Source of the DNA: Coriobacteriia bacterium
Lineage (GTDB): Bacteria > Actinomycetota > Coriobacteriia > WRKU01
Direction of reading: 5' to 3'
DNA: 64,000 nucleotides
Assembly: GCA_009777935.1 (NCBI GenBank)
Contig: WRKU01000004.1
Coordinates: forward strand, 3,097 to 67,096
Position numbers and translations under genes: made by a program. Under the pieces are notes generated by a model. That model ran no database searches. It had not been told where the DNA came from and saw only the letters and a program-made list of their open reading frames with translations. Each line of letters opens with the position of its first letter. Position 1 is the stretch's first letter. Shown one piece after another: positions 1 to 9,845 of the stretch.

Positions 1-76
1 GATCTTCCCCGCCGTCTTGCTCGATAAAGCCGTAGCCCTTGTCCGGATTGAACCACTTCACTTTACCCTCTGCCAT
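1..76 (-). CDS. cspA: Cold-shock protein, 5' part (runs off window start)
   Basis: Manual translation from ATG at 76 gives [25 protein letters not shown], the CSD N-terminus with the RNP-1 motif KGYGFI. Not in the ORF track. Confidence 0.93.
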   Translation of the reverse strand, partial: MAEGKVKWFNPDKGYGFIEQDGGED

Positions 77-181
77 GCAACCCTGCTTTCCGCCTCCTCT
101 ACGAAGAGGCTCACTCAACGACGCATCTTTGCGCCGCATAAACCATGGAGCTAATTTTTCAACTCCGCGTAAAGTATAACA

Positions 182-1261
182 CTATTTTGCACAATGCAAG
201 CCAAGATGAATATAAGCCGCTTCGGTAGCCTGGCGTCCGCGCGGTGTCCGCACGATAAGCCCTTGCTGCAACAGAAACGGTTCGTAGACGTCTTCGAGCG
301 TGTCGGGCTCCTCGCCGCACGCATTCGCCAACGTCGTCAGCCCAACCGGTTTGCCGGCGAAGGTCTCACACAAAAGCGTTAGCAGCTTGACGTCCATCCA
401 GTCGAGGCCGAGGTGGTCCACCTCGAAAAAGCCGAGCGCATCGGCAGCGATGTCCTCGGTAATCGTCGCATGACCGTTAACTTGTGCGTAGTCGCGCACA
501 CGCTTGAGGAGCCGATTTGCGAGGCGTGGCGTCCCGCGGCTTCGTCGCCCAATCTCGACGGCCGCGTCCTCTTCACACGCGATGTCAAGAATGGTGGCGC
601 TTCGCCCTACGATCTCGGCGAGCTCCTCAGGCGCGTAGTAGTCAAGGCGCATGACCAAGCCAAAACGATCACGCAACGGTGAACTCAGAAGCCCGGTACG
701 TGTCGTCGCACCGACCAGCGTAAAGCGCGGCAGTTCAAGTTGAATCGAGCGCGCTGCGGGACCTTGGCCGATGACGATATCGAGCTTGAACTCTTCGAGT
801 GCCGGATACAAAATTTCTTCCACGACACGGTTGAGCCGGTGTATTTCGTCGATGAACAACACGTCGTTCGCTTCAAGGTTCGTCAGAATCGCCGCAAGAT
901 CACCGGAGCGCTCGATGGCCGGACCGCTCGTGACGCGCAGACGCGCGCCGAGCTCGTTAGCGACGACGGCGGCGAGCGTCGTCTTCCCTAAGCCGGGTGG
1001 CCCCGCAAAAAGCAGATGGTCGAGGGCATCGCCACGCTGCTTCGCCGCCGTAAGCAGCACCGAAAGATTGTCTTTAACGCGCGTCTGGCCGATGTATTCG
1101 GCGAGCGTCTGCGGACGCAACGTCGGCTCAAGCACCTCGTCTTCGCTGGCAAGGTCGGTCTCGACGAGGCGCGCACGCTCACCGTCCGAGCGCTCTTCGC
1201 CGGCGTAATCATCGTCGGGACGTGCGCCCACCGTCGCTTCAGCCTCCCAGCGCGCCGTCAC
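182..1261 (-). CDS. ruvB: Holliday junction branch migration helicase RuvB
   Basis: [12 protein letters not shown], Walker [35 protein letters not shown]; follows ruvA. Confidence 0.98.
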   Translation of the reverse strand: MTARWEAEATVGARPDDDYAGEERSDGERARLVETDLASEDEVLEPTLRPQTLAEYIGQTRVKDNLSVLLTAAKQRGDALDHLLFAGPPGLGKTTLAAVVANELGARLRVTSGPAIERSGDLAAILTNLEANDVLFIDEIHRLNRVVEEILYPALEEFKLDIVIGQGPAARSIQLELPRFTLVGATTRTGLLSSPLRDRFGLVMRLDYYAPEELAEIVGRSATILDIACEEDAAVEIGRRSRGTPRLANRLLKRVRDYAQVNGHATITEDIAADALGFFEVDHLGLDWMDVKLLTLLCETFAGKPVGLTTLANACGEEPDTLEDVYEPFLLQQGLIVRTPRGRQATEAAYIHLGLHCAK

Positions 1262-1848
1262 GAGCGGGCACCCCCGAGATTGCGCAACGCCGCCGCGATA
1301 ACGGTCGTCGTCTCGCCATCGGTATCGACCCCTTTGAGTGCGGCAGCTATCTCGACGGTGGTAAAGCCCATTGCCGCAAGCGCCGCGTGAACGTCGTCGT
1401 CACCGAGCACCGTGGCAACGCCTGCTCCCCCTTCGCCGTCTCCGACAAAACCGAGCTTGCCTTTGAGATCGATGATGATGCGCTGTGCTGTTTTTTTCCC
1501 GATACCGGAGACCTGTGCAAGCGCCGCGACGTCATCGGCCGAGATAATGCGCGCGAGCTGCGCGGCATCATAGAGCGAGAGAATAGCGAGTGCCATACGC
1601 GGCCCCACGCCGGAGACGTCAAGAAGCGCCACAAAGGCATCACGTGCGTCTGCATCGTGGAAGCCGTAGAGCGCGACCTCGTTCTCGCGCACCTGCATAT
1701 GCGTGAGGATCCGCACCGTCTGTCCGACACCACCAAGGGCAGCAATCGGGACCTGCCCCATCGTTACCCGATAGCCAACACCGCCGACTTCGATAAGCAC
1801 CGCATCGTCAGTAATAGCAGCAAGCTCTCCGCTCAGCGAGCCAATCAT
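1258..1848 (-). CDS. ruvA: Holliday junction branch migration protein RuvA
   Basis: MIGSLSG...EVGGVGY, HhH motifs [14 protein letters not shown] and [12 protein letters not shown]; ATG at 1848 overlaps the ruvC stop. Confidence 0.97.
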   Translation of the reverse strand: MIGSLSGELAAITDDAVLIEVGGVGYRVTMGQVPIAALGGVGQTVRILTHMQVRENEVALYGFHDADARDAFVALLDVSGVGPRMALAILSLYDAAQLARIISADDVAALAQVSGIGKKTAQRIIIDLKGKLGFVGDGEGGAGVATVLGDDDVHAALAAMGFTTVEIAAALKGVDTDGETTTVIAAALRNLGGARS

Positions 1849-2354
1849 GCGCACGCCCTACGTTCAGCGCGTCCGATGCGCTCGCTCTTCGTACGCATAT
1901 AGAGGTGCGTGAGCGCGACGGCGCAGGCGTCACTACAGTGATCGGGCGTCGGCACGTGGTCGAGACCGAGCGCCATCTGCACCATATAGCCGACCTGCTC
2001 CTTTGTGGCGTTTCCACCACCGACGATCGCTGACTTGATTGTAGCGGGTGGATACTCGGCGACCTCGCGCAGGTCGGCACAGGCAAGAATCGCCGCGCCG
2101 CGCGCCTGACCAAGCGCAAACGCGCTGCGTGCATTGGCGCCGAAATAGATGTCCTCGATAGCCGCTTCTTGGACGGCGTAGCGCTCGATAACCTCGCGCA
2201 GCGCATCGTGGATTGTCGCAAGACGCGTCGCGGTCGATTCGCGCGCCACGGTGTCGATACACCCATACGCGCGCGCCTGACACACGCTGCCGCATGCCTC
2301 TACGATAGCCCAACCGGTGTGCTTTAACCCCGGATCTATACCTAAGATGACCAT
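1845..2354 (-). CDS. ruvC: Crossover junction endodeoxyribonuclease RuvC
   Basis: ILGIDPGL, AIEDIYF, LGQARG, DHCSDA catalytic motifs. Confidence 0.97.
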   Translation of the reverse strand: MVILGIDPGLKHTGWAIVEACGSVCQARAYGCIDTVARESTATRLATIHDALREVIERYAVQEAAIEDIYFGANARSAFALGQARGAAILACADLREVAEYPPATIKSAIVGGGNATKEQVGYMVQMALGLDHVPTPDHCSDACAVALTHLYMRTKSERIGRAERRACA

Positions 2355-2383
2355 TCGCACCTCGTTACAATAGAACGTTTGTT

Positions 2384-3424
2384 CTATTGTACCACAACGA
2401 CAGGCTCGTCAAGAGGAAGTGGCTCGACGGTTACCTCGCTCCACATTCCGACGATTTGAAACCACGTCTTTCCGGGATTGAGTAACAGCAGCTGCCCCGC
2501 CTCGTCAACAAGGTGGAGTGAGCCATCCTCAAGCGTCGTCCATGTGCCATCGAAACGTACACCACTCTTAAAGACGCTCACCATACCACCCACGTCGAGG
2601 TTTTCAATGTTAGCCCACAGCACGACAACGTTATCGGCGTTTATCTGGCGATCCGTCACCGCATCGACATGTTCCACCTCTCGCTGCCAACGATAGTACG
2701 TATGGTCGATCTCATCCCATCGCCACTCGCTCGCCTGCGCCGGCCCAATCGGTGCCACGATACGCGTCACCGTCGGAGTCTCCTCAAACGATGCCTCATC
2801 GAACTCGAGAGCACGCAGCGTCCACGAAGTCTCGATGCTATATTCAGCGGCGGTCGTCGGCACATTCACCGGCTTCACAAACAGGTTGTGCGGTGCCCAG
2901 CGATCGCTGACGCGCTCCCAGATTCTCTCGTCGCGCTTCTCGTTGATGCGCTCAATCCCGGCCGTACTCAGCGCGTTTTCGACATGCATCGCTGCGCCGC
3001 TATACATCAGATACGAGTCCCACTGCCCAATAACCCAAATGTCGCTGAGGCGCGCCGAGCGTACCGGGCCGGCTTGATTGGGCAACGTCGACTGAAAGAT
3101 AGCGTGAAAGCGTGAGATGCCACCCTCAGCTTCGATTTCATAGACAAGGTCGGCATCGATCAAACCCTCCTGAGGAAAGGCGTTGGGATCGTTGTCGATC
3201 TTGACCGAGATAGGACGACGGTTGATGATAAGACTGTCGGGAGCTTCGAGCCCGGTCAGCGGCCAAAAGTACTGAGGTGTCGGGGTCGTCTCTTCAGAAA
3301 GCTCACGAAAGTCAAGTGTGCGCGACGCGTGCTGACAGCCGGTAGCTGCCATAGCAGCAACGCCGAGCATCACGGCAAGCGCGACCGCTATCAGAATCGA
3401 CCCCTGTCTGCGCATCGGTTGCAT
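2384..3424 (-). CDS. DUF3048-family lipoprotein
   Basis: Start chosen at ATG 3424 (MQPMRRQ...AATGC lipobox). PLTGL, VKIDN...ARPQ-like segment, EGGISRF, GPVRSAR and RWAPHNLF resemble DUF3048 (recalled family motifs). Confidence 0.75.
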   Translation of the reverse strand: MQPMRRQGSILIAVALAVMLGVAAMAATGCQHASRTLDFRELSEETTPTPQYFWPLTGLEAPDSLIINRRPISVKIDNDPNAFPQEGLIDADLVYEIEAEGGISRFHAIFQSTLPNQAGPVRSARLSDIWVIGQWDSYLMYSGAAMHVENALSTAGIERINEKRDERIWERVSDRWAPHNLFVKPVNVPTTAAEYSIETSWTLRALEFDEASFEETPTVTRIVAPIGPAQASEWRWDEIDHTYYRWQREVEHVDAVTDRQINADNVVVLWANIENLDVGGMVSVFKSGVRFDGTWTTLEDGSLHLVDEAGQLLLLNPGKTWFQIVGMWSEVTVEPLPLDEPVVVVQ

Positions 3425-3437
3425 CGATTGCCCTCTC

Positions 3438-4019
3438 TTACTCGTCGTCGGCTTCGAGTTCGGCACGCACGTCATCGCTGAGCTCCATCGTGTGGTACAC
3501 GGCCTGCACATCGTCGAGCTCTTCGAGTGCCTCGATGAGTCGCATAACCCTCTTTGCCGTCGATATCTCGACCGCCCATGGCGCCTTCGCCACAAAGTCA
3601 TCGCCCTCGCGCTCAAACTGAAAGGCGACCGAGCCACTCGTGCCAAGGTTGCCTCCGTGCTTGCTGAAGGATGAGCGCACATCGGCAACGGTGCGATTGC
3701 GATTGTCGGTCAGCGCCTCGACGTAGAGCGCAACGCCGTCGGGCCCGTACCCCTCGTAGATGATTTCATCCCACACTTTGCCGTCGGCACCGGTACCGTG
3801 TGCCTTGGCAATCGCGGCATCTATCTTATCTTTTGGCAAACTCGATGCCTTCGCTTTTGCGATAGCCGTCGCAAGCGCTGCGTTGTTATCGGGATTCGCA
3901 TCCCCACTCTTTGCCGCTACATAGATGTTGCGCGTCAACTTGCTGAAGAGTGCGCTACGTTTCTTGTCTTGGGCTGCCTTGCGATGTTTTGTCGTCGCCC
4001 ATTTGGAGTGTCCGGCCAT
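3438..4019 (-). CDS. yebC: YebC/PmpR family protein, internally shortened (193 aa)
   Basis: [34 protein letters not shown] are present; the region between FEREG and the C-terminal helix is about 55-60 aa shorter than the usual ~250 aa family. Confidence 0.92.
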   Translation of the reverse strand: MAGHSKWATTKHRKAAQDKKRSALFSKLTRNIYVAAKSGDANPDNNAALATAIAKAKASSLPKDKIDAAIAKAHGTGADGKVWDEIIYEGYGPDGVALYVEALTDNRNRTVADVRSSFSKHGGNLGTSGSVAFQFEREGDDFVAKAPWAVEISTAKRVMRLIEALEELDDVQAVYHTMELSDDVRAELEADDE

Positions 4020-4023
4020 AAAG

Positions 4024-4923
4024 CTACCACCCACGCTCAGACATCAGTTCGTGTTCGGGAATCTCGTTGATATCGATGCCGACCATCGCCTCGCCCAGCC
4101 CTGCCGACACTTCGGCGAGCACGTCCGGCTCATCGTAGTGAGCGACCGCCTTGACGATTGCACGGGCGCGTTTGGTCGGATCCCCGCTCTTGAAGATACC
4201 GCTTCCCACGAAGACGCCATCACAGCCAAGCTGCATCATGAGCGCGGCATCGGCCGGCGTAGCGACACCACCTGCACTGAAGTTGGCAACGGGTAGTTTT
4301 TGGTTATCGCGAATCCACTCGATAAGCGCAAGCGGCACACGTTCGAAGTCGGCGATCATCTCAAGCTCATCGGCCTCTGCTTTCTGTAGCCACGCTATCT
4401 CGTCGGCCACGGCACGGACGTGTCTGACTGCCTCAACGATGTTGCCGGTACCGGGCTCCCCCTTCGTGCGTATCATCGCCGCGCCCTCATTGATGCGGCG
4501 CAGCGCTTCGCCGAGGTCACGACAGCCACATACAAATGGCACGTCAAACGCCCACTTGTCGATGTGGTGCTCTTCATCGGCGGGAGTCAGTACCTCTGAT
4601 TCATCGACACACGCTACTCCCAGCGTTTGGATAATCTGTGCTTCAACAAAATGTCCGATGCGCACCTTCGCCATAACGGGAATCGTCACCGCATCGAGAA
4701 TCTCACGAACCATCTGCGGATCGCTCATGCGCGAAACGCCGCCGTCAGCACGAATATCGGCCGGCACACGCTCAAGCGCCATAACGGCAACGGCTCCGGC
4801 ATCTTGCGCAATCTTTGCTTGTTCAGCAGTCACGACGTCCATGATGACGCCGCCGGTAAGTTCGTCGAGAAAGCCCGTTTTCACCCGCAGGGACGACGTG
4901 TCGGAGGTATCGGCAGTGCTCAT
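4024..4923 (-). CDS. pdxS: Pyridoxal 5'-phosphate synthase lyase subunit
   Basis: [53 protein letters not shown]. Confidence 0.98.
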   Translation of the reverse strand: MSTADTSDTSSLRVKTGFLDELTGGVIMDVVTAEQAKIAQDAGAVAVMALERVPADIRADGGVSRMSDPQMVREILDAVTIPVMAKVRIGHFVEAQIIQTLGVACVDESEVLTPADEEHHIDKWAFDVPFVCGCRDLGEALRRINEGAAMIRTKGEPGTGNIVEAVRHVRAVADEIAWLQKAEADELEMIADFERVPLALIEWIRDNQKLPVANFSAGGVATPADAALMMQLGCDGVFVGSGIFKSGDPTKRARAIVKAVAHYDEPDVLAEVSAGLGEAMVGIDINEIPEHELMSERGW

Positions 4924-5738
4924 CGTTGCTCCTTTGCATTCATCGTTGTTTTTAGGCGTGTTCCAGTATACAACAGCACTGCGACGCCCGCGAAGATCAT
5001 CGGAATCGACAACACCATGCCAAGCGTAAGCCAGCCGCCGACAAGATAACCAATCTGCGCATCGGGCTCACGAAAGAACTCGGCGAAGATGCGTGCTACT
5101 CCGTATAGGATAAGAAACATCCCGAACAAAAGACCGCGGCGCGGTGGCGGCGTACGCAGAGCAAGCACCAGCATCACGCCAAAGATGACCACACCTTCGA
5201 GAAAGGCCTGATAAAGCTGGGAAGGGTGGCGCGCAAGAGGGCCGGCCGCCACAAAGACGACACCCCAGGCGACATCGGTCGTTCTCCCCCATAGCTCGCC
5301 ATTGATAAAGTTTGTTATACGCCCTATCCCAAGCGCGAGAGGCGCCCCGATACTGCCGAGGTCGAAGAGGAGCCACGGTGAGACGTTGACAAGTTTTGCC
5401 GCAATGAGCATGCCGATGACAAGTCCGATGAGGCTGCCATGAAACGACATTCCTCCGTCGGTGAGCGCAAATATCTTGAGCGGATTGGCCCAATAGTAGC
5501 CGCCGCCATAGAAGAGACAGTAACCGAGCCGTCCTCCCACAATCGTCGCTATGACAGCCGCGAGCATAATCGTGAGCATGTCGTCGAGGCTCAACTGCTG
5601 ACCCCATCGCTTCGCAAAGTAGTATGCACACAGAGCGCAGAATGCGAAACCGAAGAGATATGCTAAGCCGTACCAGTGCACGGTAAGGGGGCCGAGCGAA
5701 AAGGCAACTGGATCGATGGCGGCGAACGCTTCAAGCAT
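4920..5738 (-). CDS. lgt: Prolipoprotein diacylglyceryl transferase
   Basis: [48 protein letters not shown]. Confidence 0.97.
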   Translation of the reverse strand: MLEAFAAIDPVAFSLGPLTVHWYGLAYLFGFAFCALCAYYFAKRWGQQLSLDDMLTIMLAAVIATIVGGRLGYCLFYGGGYYWANPLKIFALTDGGMSFHGSLIGLVIGMLIAAKLVNVSPWLLFDLGSIGAPLALGIGRITNFINGELWGRTTDVAWGVVFVAAGPLARHPSQLYQAFLEGVVIFGVMLVLALRTPPPRRGLLFGMFLILYGVARIFAEFFREPDAQIGYLVGGWLTLGMVLSIPMIFAGVAVLLYTGTRLKTTMNAKEQR

Positions 5739-5744
5739 CGTGAG

Positions 5745-6032
5745 TTAGACGTCGTCAATCGTGTCGGCTGCGGCGGGGGCATCGTCGCGGATAACAACTG
5801 CTTTCTTCCCAAACTCAGACGCACGGTCCGAGGTACGTCGCGGTGCATTCGTCAAGAAGAAGCGGCACCACAGACATCCTTGTTTGAGTGCTTGGTTGCG
5901 ATCGATCGTCGCGTCGAAAACGAGTTCGGGGTCGTTGGTAAACTCATAGGTAGGCCTATCACACGTCTCAAACGAACACTTCGCCGGACACATGTCGAAT
6001 TCAGTCAATGCGTGCATACAGGCATCACGCAT
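5745..6032 (-). CDS. Small Cys-rich hypothetical protein
   Basis: ORF fills the gap between the oxidoreductase and lgt; C-x3-C-x4-C and C-x2-C patterns; start chosen at ATG 6032. Confidence 0.6.
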   Translation of the reverse strand: MRDACMHALTEFDMCPAKCSFETCDRPTYEFTNDPELVFDATIDRNQALKQGCLWCRFFLTNAPRRTSDRASEFGKKAVVIRDDAPAAADTIDDV

Positions 6033-6095
6033 ATCAGCTTCGCAGTTTCGTGTTCTCCAACAGGCGGCCATGATAGATTAGTGTAGCATGTTCGT

Positions 6096-7169
6096 CTATA
6101 AGTGGTAAGTCGCCTTATTGATAACGGGTTGTGGCACATAGCCCATCATCGTCTTGCCGAGCCGGCTGCTCACGACCGGGAACGCACGCAGGCGACGACC
6201 AATATCGCGCCTTAAATGCTCGACGTCGGCAACATAGGTGCCGAGAAGCGTCTCGGGGCGGTCCTGTGCGATGGCACGTCCGGCCGCACGACCGGTATCG
6301 AGCGCCCAGCTGATACCCTCGCCCGAAGTCGGCGACAGATAGCCACCGGCCTCACCGGCCAGCAGCACGCGTCCTTTACCGGGACAGATATCGTCGATTG
6401 AACGATGCTTGAGCGCGACCCACGCCTCACGTTTGAGCGACTCGCCCAGAGGAATGCGTTCACGCAGAATGTCGAGCGCGCGGTCCTGTAGCTTGTGCGC
6501 CTGTTTCGTACCCGGATAGTAGATGAGTCCGACGAGTACGCGTTCCGACTTTGGAATAATATAGCCGATGGCAAACTCAGGGATGCCCTCAAACCAAAAG
6601 CAGTCGAACGCTGGCGCGATCTCGCCTTCACGCACACAGAAATCCTGCAAGGTGACGTAGCGGTCAAACGCAGGAACGCCCAGCGCCTTGCGCACGGTAG
6701 AGCGCGTACCGTCGGCGCCAACAAGATAATCGCACGTGATCTCGATTGCTTCGCCACGACGGTCTGCCGTCACCTGGAGCTTACCATCACGCTCTTCGTG
6801 GGTGATATATCGAGTAGCATCCATGACCTGCACATTTCCGGGAAGTTGTTCAAGGAGCCACTCGTCGAACGGCGCACGATCGACGTTGAGAAAGGTAAGG
6901 TCGGTGTCGACAATCTTTTGTTTGTCCCAGTCGTTATAGCGGAAGTAGACCTCTGCCGGGTCGAGCAAAAGCTCGGTCGGGAACGGCGCAATGTCGTTGA
7001 GTATATCGAGCGCCAGCGGATGAATCATGCCGCCACAGCTCTTGTCGCGCGGAAGCGTAAAGGCGTCTATCATGAGAACGTCACCGGCAGGTGCGCCGTA
7101 GTAGGCCGCCGCAAAGCCGGCCGGCCCACTGCCCACCACGAGCGTCTTTACCGTCATCGTCGCCGTCAT
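6096..7169 (-). CDS. FAD-dependent oxidoreductase, geranylgeranyl reductase/CbrA-like
   Basis: GSGPAG Rossmann motif, RDKSCGG, LVGADGTRS, AGEAGG...SPTSGEGIS. Confidence 0.85.
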   Translation of the reverse strand: MTATMTVKTLVVGSGPAGFAAAYYGAPAGDVLMIDAFTLPRDKSCGGMIHPLALDILNDIAPFPTELLLDPAEVYFRYNDWDKQKIVDTDLTFLNVDRAPFDEWLLEQLPGNVQVMDATRYITHEERDGKLQVTADRRGEAIEITCDYLVGADGTRSTVRKALGVPAFDRYVTLQDFCVREGEIAPAFDCFWFEGIPEFAIGYIIPKSERVLVGLIYYPGTKQAHKLQDRALDILRERIPLGESLKREAWVALKHRSIDDICPGKGRVLLAGEAGGYLSPTSGEGISWALDTGRAAGRAIAQDRPETLLGTYVADVEHLRRDIGRRLRAFPVVSSRLGKTMMGYVPQPVINKATYHL

Positions 7170-7206
7170 CGTCGCTATGGCACAATCCACGCGTATGTGG
7201 GCGTGC

Positions 7207-9492
7207 CTACGCGCATTTACTGTAGCCGCAGGCTCGACATACCGCACAGCCACTCTCGTGTTCGAGGGCACCGCCGCACTCCGGGCAGGCACCGTTAAGA
7301 TTATCGAGCGAATCGGTGTGCTTCGTCACGCCGTTGGACACACTTCCCGTCGCAATGAACTCTACCGCATGCTCCATCGCAATGGCCACCGCATCGGCAC
7401 ATGAGAGCACCTTGCCGCCCCCATCGACCCACGCCGGGCTCGGACAGCGAATACCGCGAAGTTGCTTGATGAGTGACTCAGGGTCAACCCCGGCACGCAA
7501 GCCCGTCGATATCATGCGCGAAAGTGCCTCACACATCGAGGATGCGCAGCCACCGCTCTTACCCATCTGGCTGAAGACCTCACACATGCCGTACTCGTCC
7601 CAGTTCACCGTGATGTAGAGATTGCCGCAGCCGGTCGGCACCTTCTCGGTACGTCCCATCGTCACGGCACCGCGTGGGCGCGGCTCAAGCGTACCGGGCA
7701 TCGCAGCGACCGACGTTGGCGTGGCGGCATCTACCACCTGCTTGCCCGCCGATTTACCGGTCGTGAGTACCTGCATATCCTTAGAGCCATCGCGGTAGAT
7801 GGTCACACCCTTAACGCCCAGTTCATAGGCGAGATCGTAGACGAGACGCACGTCCTCGGGCGTGGCATCGCCCTCAAAGTTGACGGTCTTTGACACGGCG
7901 TTGTCGGTGTAGTCCTGAAACGCCGCCTGCATTTTGATGTGCCAGATTGGCTCGATGTCGTGCGCCGTTACAAAAACGTTCTGAATATCTTCGGGCACGT
8001 CCTCAATCCCATGAAGCGTTCCGGCATCGGCGATCATGCTCATGAGCTCAGGCGTGTAGAAGTCTCGATCTTTGGCCACGCTCTCGAAGAGAGGATTAAC
8101 CTCGATGAGACGATCGTTATCCATAACGGTACGCACGTAGCTGATAGCAAAGAGCGGTTCGACACCGCTTGAACACGCCGCAATGATTGAGAGTGTGCCG
8201 GTCGGTGCAATCGTGGTGACGGTCGCGTTGCGAATCGGCTCGGCGTCTTTGGTGTCGTAGATCGAGCCTTCAAAATTAGGGAACGCACCGCGTGTTTTAG
8301 CGAGCTCGCGCGAGGCCGCCTTCGCCTCGTCGTCGATAAACTTCATCACCTTTGCACCCAGCTCAACGGCTTCATCGCTGTTGTACGGGATACCGAGCAT
8401 GATAAGCATATCGGCCCACGCCATCACGCCGAGGCCGACCTTACGATTAGCACGCGCCATCTTATCGATTTCGGGCAACGGATAATTGTTGACTTCGATG
8501 ACGTCATCGAGGAAACGAATCGAGCGATGAACGACATGTTTGAGCTTATCCCACGCGACATCCATGCCTTCATCGGTCACTTCAAGCATGCGCGAGAGAT
8601 TGATCGAGCCGAGGTTACACGCTTCGTACGGTAAAAGTGGCTGCTCACCACAGGGGTTCGTCGCCTCGAACTCGTCAACCTGAGGCGTCGGATTACCGGC
8701 GTTGATGCGGTCGAGAAAGAGAATGCCGGGGTCTCCGGTCGCCCACGCAAGATTAACGATGAGCTCGTAGACTTCGCGCGCATCGAGCTCGCCTTCGACC
8801 TCCTTGCTGCGTGGATTGTAGAGGTTATATGTCTCGCCGGCTTTGACCGCCTCCATAAACTCTTCGGTCAACGCAACAGAGATGTTGAAGTTGTCAAAAC
8901 CGCCGTTTTCCTTACAGGTGATGAACTCCATAATACTGGGGTGATCGACACGCAGCACGCCCATGTTTGCGCCACGACGCGTCCCTCCCTGTTTGACGGC
9001 CTCGGTCGCCTGATTGAACACGCTCATGAACGTAATGGGACCGCTTGAGACACCCTGTGTCGAGCGCACGGTATCACCGGCGGGACGGAGCCGACTGAAC
9101 GAAAACCCGGTGCCCCCGCCCGACTTATGAATAAGCGCAGTGTTGCGCACGGCCTCGAATATCTCTTCCATACTGTCGCCGACCGGCAACACGAAACACG
9201 CGCTAAGCTGTTGGAGCTCACGCCCGGCATTCATAAGCGTAGGAGAGTTCGGCAGGAACTCAAGATCGGCCATAAGCGCAAAGAAGTCTTGGGCGACCGC
9301 CGCGATTTCGTCATCGCTTGCACCCCACACTTTCTCGGCATTCGCAATGTTTTCGGCCACACGAATGAACATGTCGCTCGGCTTTTCTGTGGGGTTGCCG
9401 TCATCGTCTTTCTTGAGGTAACGACGCTCCAAAACGGTAACCGCGTTCGGGGCAAGCCGCTCGTTAATACTCGTGTCGTACGTCCGTGTCAT
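7207..9492 (-). CDS. nrdJ: Vitamin B12-dependent (class II) ribonucleotide reductase with C-terminal TSCPD/Zn-ribbon
   Basis: FLPNSPTLMN, QLSACFV, TNPCGEQPL, TIAPTGT, IDNAVSKT-like motif, C-terminal CPECG...CRACGYSKC; start ATG 9492 (MTRTYD). Confidence 0.95.
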   Translation of the reverse strand: MTRTYDTSINERLAPNAVTVLERRYLKKDDDGNPTEKPSDMFIRVAENIANAEKVWGASDDEIAAVAQDFFALMADLEFLPNSPTLMNAGRELQQLSACFVLPVGDSMEEIFEAVRNTALIHKSGGGTGFSFSRLRPAGDTVRSTQGVSSGPITFMSVFNQATEAVKQGGTRRGANMGVLRVDHPSIMEFITCKENGGFDNFNISVALTEEFMEAVKAGETYNLYNPRSKEVEGELDAREVYELIVNLAWATGDPGILFLDRINAGNPTPQVDEFEATNPCGEQPLLPYEACNLGSINLSRMLEVTDEGMDVAWDKLKHVVHRSIRFLDDVIEVNNYPLPEIDKMARANRKVGLGVMAWADMLIMLGIPYNSDEAVELGAKVMKFIDDEAKAASRELAKTRGAFPNFEGSIYDTKDAEPIRNATVTTIAPTGTLSIIAACSSGVEPLFAISYVRTVMDNDRLIEVNPLFESVAKDRDFYTPELMSMIADAGTLHGIEDVPEDIQNVFVTAHDIEPIWHIKMQAAFQDYTDNAVSKTVNFEGDATPEDVRLVYDLAYELGVKGVTIYRDGSKDMQVLTTGKSAGKQVVDAATPTSVAAMPGTLEPRPRGAVTMGRTEKVPTGCGNLYITVNWDEYGMCEVFSQMGKSGGCASSMCEALSRMISTGLRAGVDPESLIKQLRGIRCPSPAWVDGGGKVLSCADAVAIAMEHAVEFIATGSVSNGVTKHTDSLDNLNGACPECGGALEHESGCAVCRACGYSKCA

Positions 9493-9583
9493 GATATTCC
9501 CTTCAGCCCTTTTTTGATAAAACTCGGTGTAGCGTGTGGTAGTTTGGCGTAGTCGAGCGCGTTTAGACGCAACGAGTGCGAAA

Positions 9584-9599
9584 CCACAATATGTTGAGT
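9584..9599. promoter_or_regulatory. Putative NrdR box 1
   Basis: CCACAATATGTTGAGT, upstream of nrdJ, matches the acaCwAtATaTwGtgt NrdR consensus. Confidence 0.7.
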
Positions 9600-9616
9600 T
9601 ATGCGAGTGTACGCTA

Positions 9617-9632
9617 CCACAAGATGTTGTGG
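9617..9632. promoter_or_regulatory. Putative NrdR box 2
   Basis: Near-palindrome CCACAAGATGTTGTGG, 33 bp from box 1; tandem boxes about three helical turns apart are typical. Confidence 0.75.
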
Positions 9633-9756
9633 AACAGGATGAGGGCCGTCGTAACCTAATGGACACTCTTCTGCCGTGTGGCTGTAGGAATGTGTCACTG
9701 GCGCGTCGAGGAGAGTTGTCGGGCAGGTGACGGGAAAAGCCTCGTGAGTGGCAAGC

Positions 9757-9786
9757 GAAAGAACCCCGCGAAGTTGCGGGGCTCTT
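9757..9786 (-). terminator. Rho-independent terminator after surface-protein paralog 1
   Basis: Minus strand AAGAGCCCCGC-AACTTC-GCGGGGTTCTT TC; 11-bp stem with one G-U pair. Confidence 0.7.
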
Positions 9787-9845
9787 GGTGTGGGCGGCGT
9801 GTCATGTTAGCGCCGAACTAGAGAGGCTGCAGTCACAATTGAATG

